Made by a program: the position numbers and the translations under genes. A model generated the notes under the pieces. The model was not told the origin of the DNA and did not search any database. It worked only from the letters and a program-made list of their open reading frames with translations. A stretch of 64,000 nt of DNA from Planctomycetota bacterium (GTDB taxonomy: Bacteria > Planctomycetota > UBA8108 > SXIK01), in contig OZ244999.1 of NCBI GenBank assembly GCA_965223265.1, positions 4,928,001-4,992,000 on the forward strand. Direction: 5' to 3'. Shown one piece after another: positions 28,351 through 38,238 of this stretch (positions within the stretch are counted from its first letter, which is position 1; every line of letters starts with the position of its first letter).

Positions 28351-29753
28351 GGCGCGCCTCGTCGCGCCTGCTCAACACACGTCACTTGACGCGCGCGTTC
28401 ACTCAATCGACGACGAACAAACTCCTCGCCAGCAACAACGACGGCGCCGTTCTGGCCTCCAAATCCGACCACAAGCACCACGACAACGTCCGCTTCGAGA
28501 GGCAGCGCCGTTTCCCGTACGACCCGCAGCGCTGCATGTTCGAAGTCCGCTGCGAGTGGATACATCCCCGGAACCTCCCGGCGTCCAATGAGGCGTGCAG
28601 CAAATCCAACAGCCAACGTGCCGCTGGCGGCCAAAACGTGCCCGATCGCGACTTCCCAGCTCGTCACCGGAATCTCTGCAGCCGAGGCACCGAACACCTC
28701 TTCGACGGTCGAAGCCAGCATGCGATCGTACACCGGGGACCCTGTCGCTGTGAAGACGATGCAGCCAACGTCCGTGCGGTCGACTTCGGCATCGGTCAGC
28801 GCCTGGCGCAGCGCCGACTTCATGCCACTTCCATCGGGATTCGGTGTCGTCAAGTGATAACCGTCACTGACCAATCGCTGTGCCAGGAGGAAGGCTCTCG
28901 CAGATCCACCGCGCTGCGTCAATGCGTCGAGCGGTTCGAGCACGACGGCGCACGCCGCCTCTCCGATGACGACTCCGTCGGCGTCCGCAGCGAACGGGCG
29001 CAGCCGACCGGACTCTGACACGGCCCGCAGCGAACGAAACCCACTCACCATACTAGCACTCAGCGTGTCTGCGGCGCTGACGACGACCGCGTCGCGCCGC
29101 CTGAACGCCAAATCCGCCGCAGCACTCTCCAGCGCTGCTAACCCAGAGACGCACGTCGCCGAGAACAGAGCCGCTGGCGGCATGAGGCTGCGCCCACTCG
29201 TCGACGCCCCCAAGAGCGAGGCGATGGCGCCGATCGGTCGAGCCGCCCTCCCGGCGTGCGCTACTTGCGGCTCCGTTTGACTCCAAGTTTCAAAACCTTC
29301 GGTGCCGCCGAGCGCAGTCGCAACCGTCACACCCACGCCGGCGGACGCTGGCGCCAGCTCGGCAGCATCAAGCGCTGCGAACGTCGTGTTACGGAAGAGC
29401 TCGGCGGCGTCAGCGAGGTGTGCCGCAGTGCCCTCCGCAGCGCCGCGCCTGGGATCACTTGACGTCGCTGGATCCGCGCCTTGCGAACGCCCACGCCGAG
29501 CAAACTGCGCGTCGTCCATCCAGCCAGCGACGAATCCGTCACGCGCTGAGGCAATCGGTGGCACAAAGGATGCCGACGATGCCGACTTCGCCGCAGTCAA
29601 TCGCTCGTCGACAAAACGCGTGAAACAAGCGCGTCGAGCGGCAAGCGCCTCGAAAAGAACGTCGAACCCGCGCCCCGCCGGCGACACAAGAGCAGCGCCC
29701 GAAATCGCCAACGGCGCCGCCGCACCACCTAACCACGCGCTTTCTGTCACCAC
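28347..29753 (-). CDS. Beta-ketoacyl synthase-like protein, probably non-elongating
   Basis: SATCVSG (Cys kept), LRPF...DG...GE, SDGYHLTTP, GFGGQN; HGTGT replaced by TATGS and the conserved Lys replaced by Glu in SWEVAIGH. Confidence 0.85.
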   Translation of the reverse strand: MVTESAWLGGAAAPLAISGAALVSPAGRGFDVLFEALAARRACFTRFVDERLTAAKSASSASFVPPIASARDGFVAGWMDDAQFARRGRSQGADPATSSDPRRGAAEGTAAHLADAAELFRNTTFAALDAAELAPASAGVGVTVATALGGTEGFETWSQTEPQVAHAGRAARPIGAIASLLGASTSGRSLMPPAALFSATCVSGLAALESAAADLAFRRRDAVVVSAADTLSASMVSGFRSLRAVSESGRLRPFAADADGVVIGEAACAVVLEPLDALTQRGGSARAFLLAQRLVSDGYHLTTPNPDGSGMKSALRQALTDAEVDRTDVGCIVFTATGSPVYDRMLASTVEEVFGASAAEIPVTSWEVAIGHVLAASGTLAVGFAARLIGRREVPGMYPLAADFEHAALRVVRETALPLEADVVVVLVVGFGGQNGAVVVAGEEFVRRRLSERARQVTCVEQARRGAP

Positions 29754-29936
29754 TCAAACCTTTTCCTATACATCCAGCACTTTTGTAGTTACCCTGCCCT
29801 GACTTTGCCGTCAACCTTCCGCTGGCGACCCAGTGTCCACAGCGATCCGCCGCGACGCGAGACAACTCTCGCCGCGGGCGAACCGCAGTCTCGAAGTGTT
29901 CGAAGTGACGGTGCACGGGAAGTGCCTGAGAAAACG

Positions 29937-31175
29937 ATGCATGTGCTCGACTTGACGACCCTCTACATCGATGGAGGAGAGGGCGGCGTCAACACCTATC
30001 TGCGCGAGAAGGCGTCCTTTCTTCGTCGCGCGGACGGAATTCGACACACGATCATTGTGCCCGGAACGTCGGATCGCACGGACCGCCTCGAAGGCGCGGC
30101 GCTTCACGTCCTTCGCAGCCCAACAGTTCCCGGCAACAAGCAGCACCGCCTGCTGATTCGCTTGGGACGCGTTGTGCGGCTGATAGAATCGTTGAAACCG
30201 GACGTCGTCGAGGTCGACTGCGGCTACTTTCTCGCTCACGTCGCGCGTCGGGCCACTGCCGGAAGAAGCGTACCGGTGATCGGTGTCTATCACGCGCACC
30301 TTCCGGAACTCTACACTCGAGCGGTCCGCAGTCGCATTCGCCGCACTCTGACGCGCACGACTGAGGGCCTTGCGTGGCGCTACACGTCGTTCTGCACAGG
30401 TCCATGCCACAAGGTTCTCGTCACGTCGCGAGATCTTCTGAAGCGGCTGCAGGGCCGTCGGTTGCCTTCCCTTGAGTACTTGCCTCTCGGTGTCAACCTT
30501 GAACTCTTTCAACCCGGTCTGCGCGCCGATCGTGACGCGATCCCACGCGTCTCCGATGAGGAACAAGATCGGGGACAAGTCGTTCTGTACGTCGGGCGAC
30601 TCAGCGCTGAGAAGAACCTCGACACGCTTTTCGAATCGCACCGAACACTACGGCGCCAATATGGCACCCGCCTGGTCATCGCCGGCGATGGCCCCCTGCG
30701 CGGCTTCGTCGAGCGCGCGGCCGCACGAGACGCCGGCATCACCTATTTGGGTGTCTGCCCGTACGGAGAGCGCTTGGCGCACCTTTACCAGCAGGCTGCC
30801 GTCCTCGCCGCACCGAGCCCAAACGAGACGTTCGGCTTGATCATCTTGGAGGCATTCGCCTCTGGAGTCCCGGTCGTGACCGCAAACTCGGGCGGCGCAG
30901 CTGAACTCTTGCCATCCTCGGGATATCGACTCGCGCGCCCGGGAGATTCTGCCCACCTGGCGGAACAGATTGGGGCAGCGATCGTTGCCGGTCGACATCG
31001 AGGTGACGTCAGCGAAGCCCATGCCTACATCGAAAGTCGCTACTCATGGCGCAGGACGTTCGAACGTCTGCTATCGATCTACGGCCAAACGTGCGCTCAG
31101 ATCGCAGCGCATCGCGCCTCGCGCGCAGCCCGACACTGGGTGCGGCGGCCGCCAACCGAAAAGACGCGAGTCTAA
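29937..31175 (+). CDS. GT4 (GT-B fold) glycosyltransferase
   Basis: GGVNTY, YHAHLPE, PLGVNLELF, LYVGRLSAEKN, IAGDGP, ETFGLIILEAFASGVPVV (EX7E). Confidence 0.9.
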   Translation: MHVLDLTTLYIDGGEGGVNTYLREKASFLRRADGIRHTIIVPGTSDRTDRLEGAALHVLRSPTVPGNKQHRLLIRLGRVVRLIESLKPDVVEVDCGYFLAHVARRATAGRSVPVIGVYHAHLPELYTRAVRSRIRRTLTRTTEGLAWRYTSFCTGPCHKVLVTSRDLLKRLQGRRLPSLEYLPLGVNLELFQPGLRADRDAIPRVSDEEQDRGQVVLYVGRLSAEKNLDTLFESHRTLRRQYGTRLVIAGDGPLRGFVERAAARDAGITYLGVCPYGERLAHLYQQAAVLAAPSPNETFGLIILEAFASGVPVVTANSGGAAELLPSSGYRLARPGDSAHLAEQIGAAIVAGRHRGDVSEAHAYIESRYSWRRTFERLLSIYGQTCAQIAAHRASRAARHWVRRPPTEKTRV

Positions 31176-31459
31176 ACGGCGACGCGAGCACCTCTTCGGT
31201 GACCGACCCCGTCAACGATTTGAATGACACGGGCTCAACGACGCGGCATGTATTCATGGTGCGCAGCTCCTGTATACGGCAGCCGGTCCGTAGGTGATGT
31301 GCGGCACTTTTTCGTCGGCAATTTCGCTTCCATCTGAGGTAAACTGCGCCCTCATAGGTGGCTGCGGCCACCGAAGAAGCGGCGATCTGCCGGGTTCACT
31401 CGGAGTTCACCACTCGCTTCCTACTTTACGAAGCCCCGTAGAAGTCAGGAGAAAAAGAT

Positions 31460-32059
31460 ATGCGCGTCGTCTTCTTGCTTTTCTTCGCCGGAATCATAGG
31501 CGTCGGTTGCGCCCATCCAGTTCCGGTTCACTATCCCGATCTGAGCAAGCCACGCCACACCCGCGTCAACCTTCGCTCCAACGGCAACGAACTTTACTCC
31601 TCGAACTATTTGGGCCACGCCAGTGACTTGCCGATCGGCAGCCCTGCCGTTGTGACCATGTTCAGTGCCCAAGAGGTACGCCTGACAGTTCACGGCGCGG
31701 CGTACGTGATGAAACCCCACAAGACGCCCTTCGACACGTCGCAACTCAGCATCGGCTCTTTTCTCGACAAGTACTTCGTCGACAATCCGAGTCAGATCGA
31801 CGTCGCCAGCCTCGGCCCTGCAGACCTCAAGACACAAGTCGAGAGCGGACAGCACGTCATCGGCATGACCAAGGAACAGATCTACGCCTGCCTCGGACCG
31901 CCAGCAACCATCGACAGCGACCTACCTACAGCCAACCTGTCGCGAGAGCAAATCATGGCGAGCGACAAGTGGGTCTATCTGCACACGTTGGTCGTGTTTG
32001 TCCCAACGTCCATGCAATTCGTCTTTCACGACAACAAGTTGCAAACGGTGATACATTAG
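31460..32059 (+). CDS. Lipoprotein with C-terminal SmpA/OmlA(BamE)-like motif
   Basis: Lipobox IIGVG-C; IGMTKEQIYACLGPP...WVY; AGGAG RBS. Confidence 0.7.
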   Translation: MRVVFLLFFAGIIGVGCAHPVPVHYPDLSKPRHTRVNLRSNGNELYSSNYLGHASDLPIGSPAVVTMFSAQEVRLTVHGAAYVMKPHKTPFDTSQLSIGSFLDKYFVDNPSQIDVASLGPADLKTQVESGQHVIGMTKEQIYACLGPPATIDSDLPTANLSREQIMASDKWVYLHTLVVFVPTSMQFVFHDNKLQTVIH

Positions 32060-32083
32060 AGGTGAGCGCTCGATCGCAGGCTA

Positions 32084-32893
32084 ATGGTCGCCGACAACTC
32101 GAACGCCCGTAGGAGTGCACGCGCTGACGATCCGCGCTCGGCCGAGTCGCCGAGCTCAGTGAGGCGGACAGCACTCGTCGCCGGTGCCACTGGTCCGATC
32201 GGTCGTGCAGTCGCACTGGAGCTGGCACGGCGCGGCCATGCTGTGGGAGTTCACTATCGAGAACGTCGTAGCGCCGCTGACGATGTCGTCGCCGCGTGCC
32301 GCGCGCATGGTGTCGACGCGTTGCCGCTTGGCGGCGACCTCACCGCGAGCCCTGACGTCGAACGGGTCTTCGCGGAGTTTGTCGCCGCCTACGGACGTAT
32401 GGACGTCTTCGTCAGTTGCGTCGGCCAGGCGCGCGACGATCTTCTCTACTACCTGGAGAAGTCGACGTGGAACGACATGATCGCCAGCAACTTGACGATC
32501 GTGTACGAGACCTGCCGAGAGGCCACCCGTCACATGATTGCGCAGAAGTCTGGGCGCATTGTCGCGCTTACCTCCGCCAGTGGCATCGTGGGTGTCCCTG
32601 GTCAAACGCACTACGCCGCTGCCAAAGCCGGCGTGCATGGGTTCACGCGTGCTCTGGCGCGTGAGGTCGGCCGCTTTGGCATCCTCGTCAACGCTGTCGC
32701 TCCGGGCGCGATCGAGTCTGCAACCATTCAATCGCTCAGCGACCAGCAGAAAAAGTGGTTGATCGACGGCACGTGCTTGCGGCGCCTTGGTCAACCCGAG
32801 GAAGTCGCCGCCGTTGTCGGCTTTCTCGCTTCCCAAGAGGCGAGCTACGTGACTGGGCAGGTGTTCTCCGTTGACGGTGGCGTGACCGCGTAA
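32084..32893 (+). CDS. fabG: 3-oxoacyl-ACP reductase (SDR, FabG-like ketoreductase)
   Basis: [55 protein letters not shown]. Confidence 0.85.
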   Translation: MVADNSNARRSARADDPRSAESPSSVRRTALVAGATGPIGRAVALELARRGHAVGVHYRERRSAADDVVAACRAHGVDALPLGGDLTASPDVERVFAEFVAAYGRMDVFVSCVGQARDDLLYYLEKSTWNDMIASNLTIVYETCREATRHMIAQKSGRIVALTSASGIVGVPGQTHYAAAKAGVHGFTRALAREVGRFGILVNAVAPGAIESATIQSLSDQQKKWLIDGTCLRRLGQPEEVAAVVGFLASQEASYVTGQVFSVDGGVTA

Positions 32894-32936
32894 CCAGGGT
32901 GTCGCGGAAGACCGCTAGCGCAGGCACGGCCCCGCA

Positions 32937-33599
32937 TCAGCCGCGACGCGCCGAAGAGCCGGAAGACGACATGACGGCCTCCAGCTCGCCTCCACAGTAG
33001 AGGCAATCTGAACGTCCGGGAGCTGAACGCCGCTGGCACTCCGAGCAGTAAAATTCGGCTCCATCCTCCGTCGCGAAGTGCCTCACTGGAGGGCCGACGG
33101 GAACACCGATGAAACGAGCAAGAGCTTCAGTAAACGTCGCCGCCTGATCGTCATGGCTGTAGTCCGCGCCGGTCTCGACCCCGAAGCCCTTGAACTGAAG
33201 ATTGATGCGCGGTAAGTCATGCGCCTGCAACATGCCGCCAGCGAACGTAAAGAGCGGGATCTCACGGTGTGGACGCCTGAGCACGAGTTGAACGCGGAAG
33301 CGCTCGAAGCACTGGATACCGCGGGGATCACGATCGCCGCCGATCGGGATGCTCTTGAACTCCATGTCCAAGTGTGAGACGCGAGAGAATGGGATCGTCT
33401 CCTCGCGCTTTAAGAACCAAAAGTTCTTTGAAGTCACCACGACCTCACTGCGTGCGCGGTCGATTCTGACGACACGGTCATAGGAGAACAAGCTCAGGAG
33501 TCGATGCAGCACGGGCGTGCGCGCATAAAGACGCTCACCCACCGACCAGATCTGAGGTCGAGACCTGAGCAGAGAGTCAACAAACATCGGAAGCGCCAC
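32937..33599 (-). CDS. Hypothetical protein with C-terminal zinc ribbon
   Basis: 220 aa ORF directly downstream of the KS-CLF gene; CSEC...CLYCGG. Confidence 0.65.
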   Translation of the reverse strand: MALPMFVDSLLRSRPQIWSVGERLYARTPVLHRLLSLFSYDRVVRIDRARSEVVVTSKNFWFLKREETIPFSRVSHLDMEFKSIPIGGDRDPRGIQCFERFRVQLVLRRPHREIPLFTFAGGMLQAHDLPRINLQFKGFGVETGADYSHDDQAATFTEALARFIGVPVGPPVRHFATEDGAEFYCSECQRRSAPGRSDCLYCGGELEAVMSSSGSSARRG

Positions 33600-33639
33600 G
33601 GCGAGGCCTCACTCAGAATCGGAAAGACGCACGTCCGTC

Positions 33640-36246
33640 TCAGCAGTTGACCACTCCCAGGACGAGCACCACTGCTGCGCCGGACCGATTGACCGACGAC
33701 ACTAAAGAATAGCGCAGAAAATTGCCGTCTGCCGCTCGGGGCGATTCCGAAAACTTTGGCACGTCGCCGTCGAAGGTCACATGGCGCATGCGCGCGGACA
33801 GATTACCGGACTCAAGGGCAAGGATTGCGGCGACAGCCTGGAGCACCGAGGCGCATGCGAACCCTTCACCAATGATCTCCTTTGGCGCCAAGACGTGCCG
33901 CTGGCGCCCATCGGCCAGGACGTCCCCGACTCCCTCGAGCTCGGCGACGTCGTGCGGCCCTCCCGCAGCCGATAACACAACCAAATCGATGTCGGCAGCA
34001 GCGACCTCCGCGTCGTCAAGCGCCGTACGGGTCGCCCGCTCGACGCACTCCCTGACGTGTTCATCTGCCCGCCGGCGTGCCGCCCCCCAGCCGAGAACGC
34101 AGCCCTTTCGTCGCGCCCCGGCAGGCGCCGCCGCGCCCCGCGACAGAAACAAGAGTGCAGCACCTTCCCCGAAGAGGGGCCGAATCGTACCGAATGGCGT
34201 GCCTGGCTCGGCACTCACGAGCCCTTGCTGCGCGAGCCCGGCGTGAACAAAGTCGCAGTACTCCTCTGCACCGCCCGCCAGCGCCGCGTCAATCTCGCCG
34301 AGGCGCAGACGATCGAGCGCATCACCGAGCGCGAGGAGGCCAACGTCCTCCCCACCGACCATCGCCAACGATGGACCGTGAAGACCAAAGTGGAGCGCCA
34401 CGTGACCAGGAGCGGCATTCATTACGCTCTCAGAGAAGAGCAGCGGGCTAGCGTCCCGAAGCCCCCCAAGGTACAGGCTCTCGTAGTAGTCGAAGTGGTA
34501 CTGAGCCGCGCCGAACACCGTGCCAAGCAGCACCGCAGTGCGGTTTCGCGTGTGCTCGTCGAGAGCGCTGCCCCGTGACGGCAGAAAGTCTCCCGCCTCA
34601 ACTTGCTCGTACGCCAGGTGAGCCGCCGCCACCGCAGCGAGCGAGATCGGCGCCACACGACGCAGCGAGCGCGCCGCGAGCATCTCACGCGCCGCGTCGA
34701 GCACACTCCCGAGCACGGCGGCTCGACGCGGCACAGGAACTCCGCGTGCAGAGGCTCGAGTCTCCGAAAGAAACGGCTTCCCTGAAAGAAGACCGCGGCG
34801 CAGTGCTTCGACGCCGAGCCCCCACGGCGAAACCACTCCCACACCCTCAACGACCGCCAACGCTCGCGGCGGGGTTTCAGTCCGCCGTGCGCCGTGCGCC
34901 GTCGCTCGCTGGGGACCCTGGCTGCCGGGTCTCGCCGCGAGCTCCTGAGCGTTGCCGCTCCAGCGGCCGAACACCAAGCTCACGTTCGAACCTCCGAAGC
35001 CGAACGAATTCGACATGGCATAGCGCAGCAACGCCGGTCGGCTGTCAGGGACGACATCGAGGTCGGAGAAGCCCGGATCGAGCTCGTCGACATCGAGCGT
35101 CGGCGGCAGAGTCTGTTGCTGCAGCGACATGAGAGTCACCGCGGCTTCGACGGTTCCCGCGGCGCCCAGCGTATGCCCAAAAAACGGCTTGGATGAACTC
35201 ACCGGAAGGGCGACAAGTCGGTCGCCAAACACCTGGCGCATCGCCGCCACCTCAGCAGAGTCGTTCGCGCGTGTGCCGGTGCCATGGCAGTTGATGTAGT
35301 CGATCGCCTGCGGCGAAAGCTCCGCCCCCTCAAGCGCGCTACGCATCGCGGCAGCCGCCCCTGCTCCGTGCGGGTGCGGCTGCGTTAAGTGATGCGCGTC
35401 CGTCGACTCACCATAACCAACGAGCAGAGCTGCAGGCTCGCCACCGCGGGCGAGGGCATCCTCGAGTCGCTCGAGAACGATCGCCGCGTAGCCGTCACCG
35501 AGCAGCATCCCATCGCGATTCTTACTGAACGGACGCATCGCGGTAGTACTGAGCGCTTTCAGTGATCCGAACCCTGCGAAGGTGAACACGCTGAGCGGAT
35601 CGAATCCGAGCGCAACGACAACATCTGCGCGCCCAAGCTGCAGCCAGCGGGCGGCTGTTGAGACGCTGCTGCCGCCAGCAGCACAGGCGTTGGAAACCAG
35701 CACCGCCGCTGTATCGACCCCAACGGCTGCAGCAATGCTGTTGAGTTGGTTGTCGACGTAATAGCCTTCGAGGAGGCGATAGTCCGCGGCGCTGGCGCCG
35801 CGCGAGGCGTAGTCCGCAAAGAAGGCATCAGCCGTCGATGACCCAGCCAGCGAGCTACCGACAACGAGCGCCAACCGCGACGACCGCGCTGCGCGAGTCG
35901 ATTCCAACCGCGCTTGTGCGAAAGCCTCCTGCACGACTCGGCGCAGCTGCTCGGTCTCGACCGGACCGCTCGCGCTCGAGTCGCCCGTGCATTCGGAGCA
36001 CGCATCACCTTCACTCCACGGGCCAGCAATCCCCGATGAGCTCTCGGCGAGGAACGGAGCGGCCGCTCCCGGCGCCGGGGCCTCGCCCCCCAGACGCACC
36101 GGATAGTCGCCGACCTCGAAACGCCGGATCTGACGCAGTCCGGCTTCGCCGGCAGAGATCGCCCGCCAGTTGACGTCCTTGCCCACCCCCAAAGCCGTCG
36201 TCAACCCGTAACCAGAAACCGCGATCGGTCGCACCGGCACCTTCAC
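33640..36246 (-). CDS. Fused ketosynthase - chain length factor (KS-CLF didomain)
   Basis: N half: SNACAAG, DAHHLTQP, INCHGTGT, SSKPFFGHTLGAAG, NSFGFGG (full C-H-H triad). C half: second thiolase-fold unit with SPLLFSESVMNA, VGGEDVG where Cys would be, no His. Start may be GTG 36240 after GAGGAG. Confidence 0.88.
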   Translation of the reverse strand: MKVPVRPIAVSGYGLTTALGVGKDVNWRAISAGEAGLRQIRRFEVGDYPVRLGGEAPAPGAAAPFLAESSSGIAGPWSEGDACSECTGDSSASGPVETEQLRRVVQEAFAQARLESTRAARSSRLALVVGSSLAGSSTADAFFADYASRGASAADYRLLEGYYVDNQLNSIAAAVGVDTAAVLVSNACAAGGSSVSTAARWLQLGRADVVVALGFDPLSVFTFAGFGSLKALSTTAMRPFSKNRDGMLLGDGYAAIVLERLEDALARGGEPAALLVGYGESTDAHHLTQPHPHGAGAAAAMRSALEGAELSPQAIDYINCHGTGTRANDSAEVAAMRQVFGDRLVALPVSSSKPFFGHTLGAAGTVEAAVTLMSLQQQTLPPTLDVDELDPGFSDLDVVPDSRPALLRYAMSNSFGFGGSNVSLVFGRWSGNAQELAARPGSQGPQRATAHGARRTETPPRALAVVEGVGVVSPWGLGVEALRRGLLSGKPFLSETRASARGVPVPRRAAVLGSVLDAAREMLAARSLRRVAPISLAAVAAAHLAYEQVEAGDFLPSRGSALDEHTRNRTAVLLGTVFGAAQYHFDYYESLYLGGLRDASPLLFSESVMNAAPGHVALHFGLHGPSLAMVGGEDVGLLALGDALDRLRLGEIDAALAGGAEEYCDFVHAGLAQQGLVSAEPGTPFGTIRPLFGEGAALLFLSRGAAAPAGARRKGCVLGWGAARRRADEHVRECVERATRTALDDAEVAAADIDLVVLSAAGGPHDVAELEGVGDVLADGRQRHVLAPKEIIGEGFACASVLQAVAAILALESGNLSARMRHVTFDGDVPKFSESPRAADGNFLRYSLVSSVNRSGAAVVLVLGVVNC

Positions 36247-36293
36247 TCCTCGTCAAGATTTCTCCCGCCGCGACGCCGCGGCGCGACGGGCGG

Positions 36294-36299
36294 ATTATA
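36294..36299 (-). promoter_or_regulatory. Candidate -10 box for the KS-CLF gene
   Basis: Perfect TATAAT on the minus strand ~50 bp upstream of the start in GC-rich DNA; no good -35. Confidence 0.4.
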
Positions 36300-36457
36300 G
36301 GTGATGCGCGGGCGGAGAGTCTTGTCCGTTTCCACGCCAGGGCAGCGTCCGCTTTGGTGCCCGCCACCGGGGTCCGAGTTCGAGGCCAGTTCGAGGCCAG
36401 GTTCGAGACGGGGGCCGCGATTCGTGGGTGTGGCGGTTTGCGAGTGCGAGTGCGAGT

Positions 36458-36593
36458 GCGTGGGCGTGGGCGTGGGCGTGGATCCTCGAGCGCCTGGCGC
36501 TTCTGTGCCTGATCTTCGTTGGCTTCGTTGGCTTCTGTTCAAGATTCAAGAGATCAGAGTTGAACCGAAGGAAGCCAAGTCAACGAAGGAAGA
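36458..36593. repeat. Copy A of a duplicated hexamer + palindromic unit
   Basis: (gcgtgg)4-atcctcgagcgcctggcgcttctg...cttcgttggcttcgttggcttctgttcaa...ttgaaccgaaggaagccaagtcaacgaaggaaga; near-identical to 36830-36971. Confidence 0.9.
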
Positions 36594-36685
36594 CCGTCCA
36601 AACGAGCACGCAACGTCGCGTGTCGTCCGGTCTGGCACACTCCGACCCCATTGAAAAAAGAGAGAAAAGCGCTTCAAGGCCATGC

Positions 36686-36853
36686 GCGTTTGCGTTTGCG
36701 TTTGCGTTTGCGTTTGCGTGGGCGCTTGCGTGAGCGCTTGCGTGAGCGTTTGCGTGGGCGTGGGCGTGGGCGTGGGCGTGGGCGTGGGCGTGGGCGTGAG
36801 CGTTTGCGTGAGCGTTTGCGTGAGCGTTTGCGTGGGCGTGGGCGTGGGCGTGG
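36686..36853. repeat. Hexamer microsatellite, 28 in-phase units of GCG(T/C)NN
   Basis: Units gcgttt, gcgtgg, gcgtga, gcgctt in uninterrupted 6-bp phase over 168 bp. Confidence 0.95.
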
Positions 36854-36971
36854 ATCCTCGAGCGCCTGGCGCTTCTGAGCCCGATCTTCGTTGGCTTCGT
36901 TGGCTTCTGTTCAAGATTCAAGAGATCAGAACAAGAGTTGAACAGAAGCAAGCCAAGTCAACGAAGGAAGA
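36830..36971. repeat. Copy B of the duplicated hexamer + palindromic unit
   Basis: Same unit as 36458-36593 with an acaaga insertion; gcttctgttcaa / ttgaacagaagc form a perfect inverted pair. Confidence 0.9.
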
Positions 36972-37004
36972 AGGCGTGGGCGTGGGAGCACTGCCACGCT
37001 GCTT

Positions 37005-37075
37005 CTGACTCGGTATCTGTCTCTGTCTCCGTATCTGAGTCTGTATCTGCATCTGTCTCTGTCTCCGCATCTGAT
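37005..37075. repeat. Degenerate TCTG(T/A/C)N hexamer tract
   Basis: tctgac tcggta tctgtc tctgtc tccgta tctgag tctgta tctgca tctgtc tctgtc tccgca tctga. Confidence 0.75.
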
Positions 37076-37147
37076 CCGCTCCCGCCTCAGCATCACTCTT
37101 CACAACACCCGACAGCCAGCTGGCCATCACCCCACCCGCGACGTACT

Positions 37148-38158
37148 ATGGCGCCTCCCATCGACATCGGAGCTTCCCGCGTGCCTCAGAATTCACCAAC
37201 AGCCCTTAGTGCGCACCGCGCGCCCCGCTCGCACTCGGGCCAACGCCCTACGCTTCGGCGACGTGCTGCGCTCTTCGTGGCGCGTCCGTTCTTCGCACTG
37301 GCGTTTGTTGTTGCTCGTGTGTTGCCGCGACGCTCCGCCCTCAGCGTGGCCCGCGCATGCGCCCGGGGCGCGTTCTATCTGTTCCCCGGCGTCCGATCGA
37401 ATCTCCTCTCGAACGCTGCCCACCTGCTTGGCGCGGAGAGCTCCGCGCACGATCGTCGAAAACTCGCGAAAGGCGTTCTCGAGAGCTTTTCGCGCTTCAT
37501 CATGGAATGGGTCTCGCCTCGCTGCGGTCCCGCGAGCGGCGAGCTCTTCACGCGAGCCTTGGGCAAGGAACATCTGTTGGCTGCTCTCGAGTCAGGCTCC
37601 GGTGCCATCGCTGTCACGGTGCACATGGGAAACTACGAACTTCCCGCCCGCGAGCTCGCGGCCGTGCGCGACGACGTCGCGATCGTCTTCGAGCGCGAAC
37701 GGGTGGGATTTCTTGAAGCTGCGCGTTCGAAGCGGCGACGGGATGTTCAACTCGATGAGATCGTCGTCGACTCCTCGCCATTTTTCTCGCTTGAGATCGC
37801 TGCGCGCCTGCGACGCGGCGGGATCGTCCTGCTCGCCGCCGATCACGTGGCGCGTGAACCAAGCGTCACCTTGCCGTTTTTCAACAGTCCCGCGCGGCTC
37901 TCCCTCTGGCCTGCACGACTTTCGATCGCCAGCCGCGCACCTCTTGTCCCTGCGGTCTGTGTTCTCAACGGCAGTGACGAGTACGTCCTCTCAGTTCAGC
38001 CGCCAATCCGTCCGCAGACTCACAGCTCCGCCGAAGCGATGACGCGCGAGCTCGCCGGGGTCCTCGAACGCTTCATCGCCGCTGCTCCAGATCAATGGCT
38101 GATGGTGCACCGGTTCTGGCCCTCTCCGATCGATGCGAGTCGATCAGCGACGCGTTGA
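37148..38158 (+). CDS. Lipid A lauroyltransferase (LpxL)-like / lysophospholipid acyltransferase family protein
   Basis: VTVHMGNYEL (H-x4-E), LLAADH, PFF, PDQW; start uncertain (ATG 37148 or GTG 37181). Confidence 0.85.
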   Translation: MAPPIDIGASRVPQNSPTALSAHRAPRSHSGQRPTLRRRAALFVARPFFALAFVVARVLPRRSALSVARACARGAFYLFPGVRSNLLSNAAHLLGAESSAHDRRKLAKGVLESFSRFIMEWVSPRCGPASGELFTRALGKEHLLAALESGSGAIAVTVHMGNYELPARELAAVRDDVAIVFERERVGFLEAARSKRRRDVQLDEIVVDSSPFFSLEIAARLRRGGIVLLAADHVAREPSVTLPFFNSPARLSLWPARLSIASRAPLVPAVCVLNGSDEYVLSVQPPIRPQTHSSAEAMTRELAGVLERFIAAAPDQWLMVHRFWPSPIDASRSATR

Positions 38159-38238
38159 GGCCAGTCGCGATCAGTTCAAAGCATGCTATCAGCTTCTCAG
38201 ATGTTTCACTATACCGTGGAACTTGGCTGCCGCGTCAA

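Noticed and set aside
36420-37080. CRISPR array
   Set aside because: Only two copies of the long unit, tandem hexamers instead of unique spacers, and no cas genes
36243-37130. Low-complexity ORFs (poly HA, TP, RG, VC) across the repeat island
   Set aside because: Stop-free frames are a by-product of the hexamer repeats in all frames; no convincing RBS or protein-like composition
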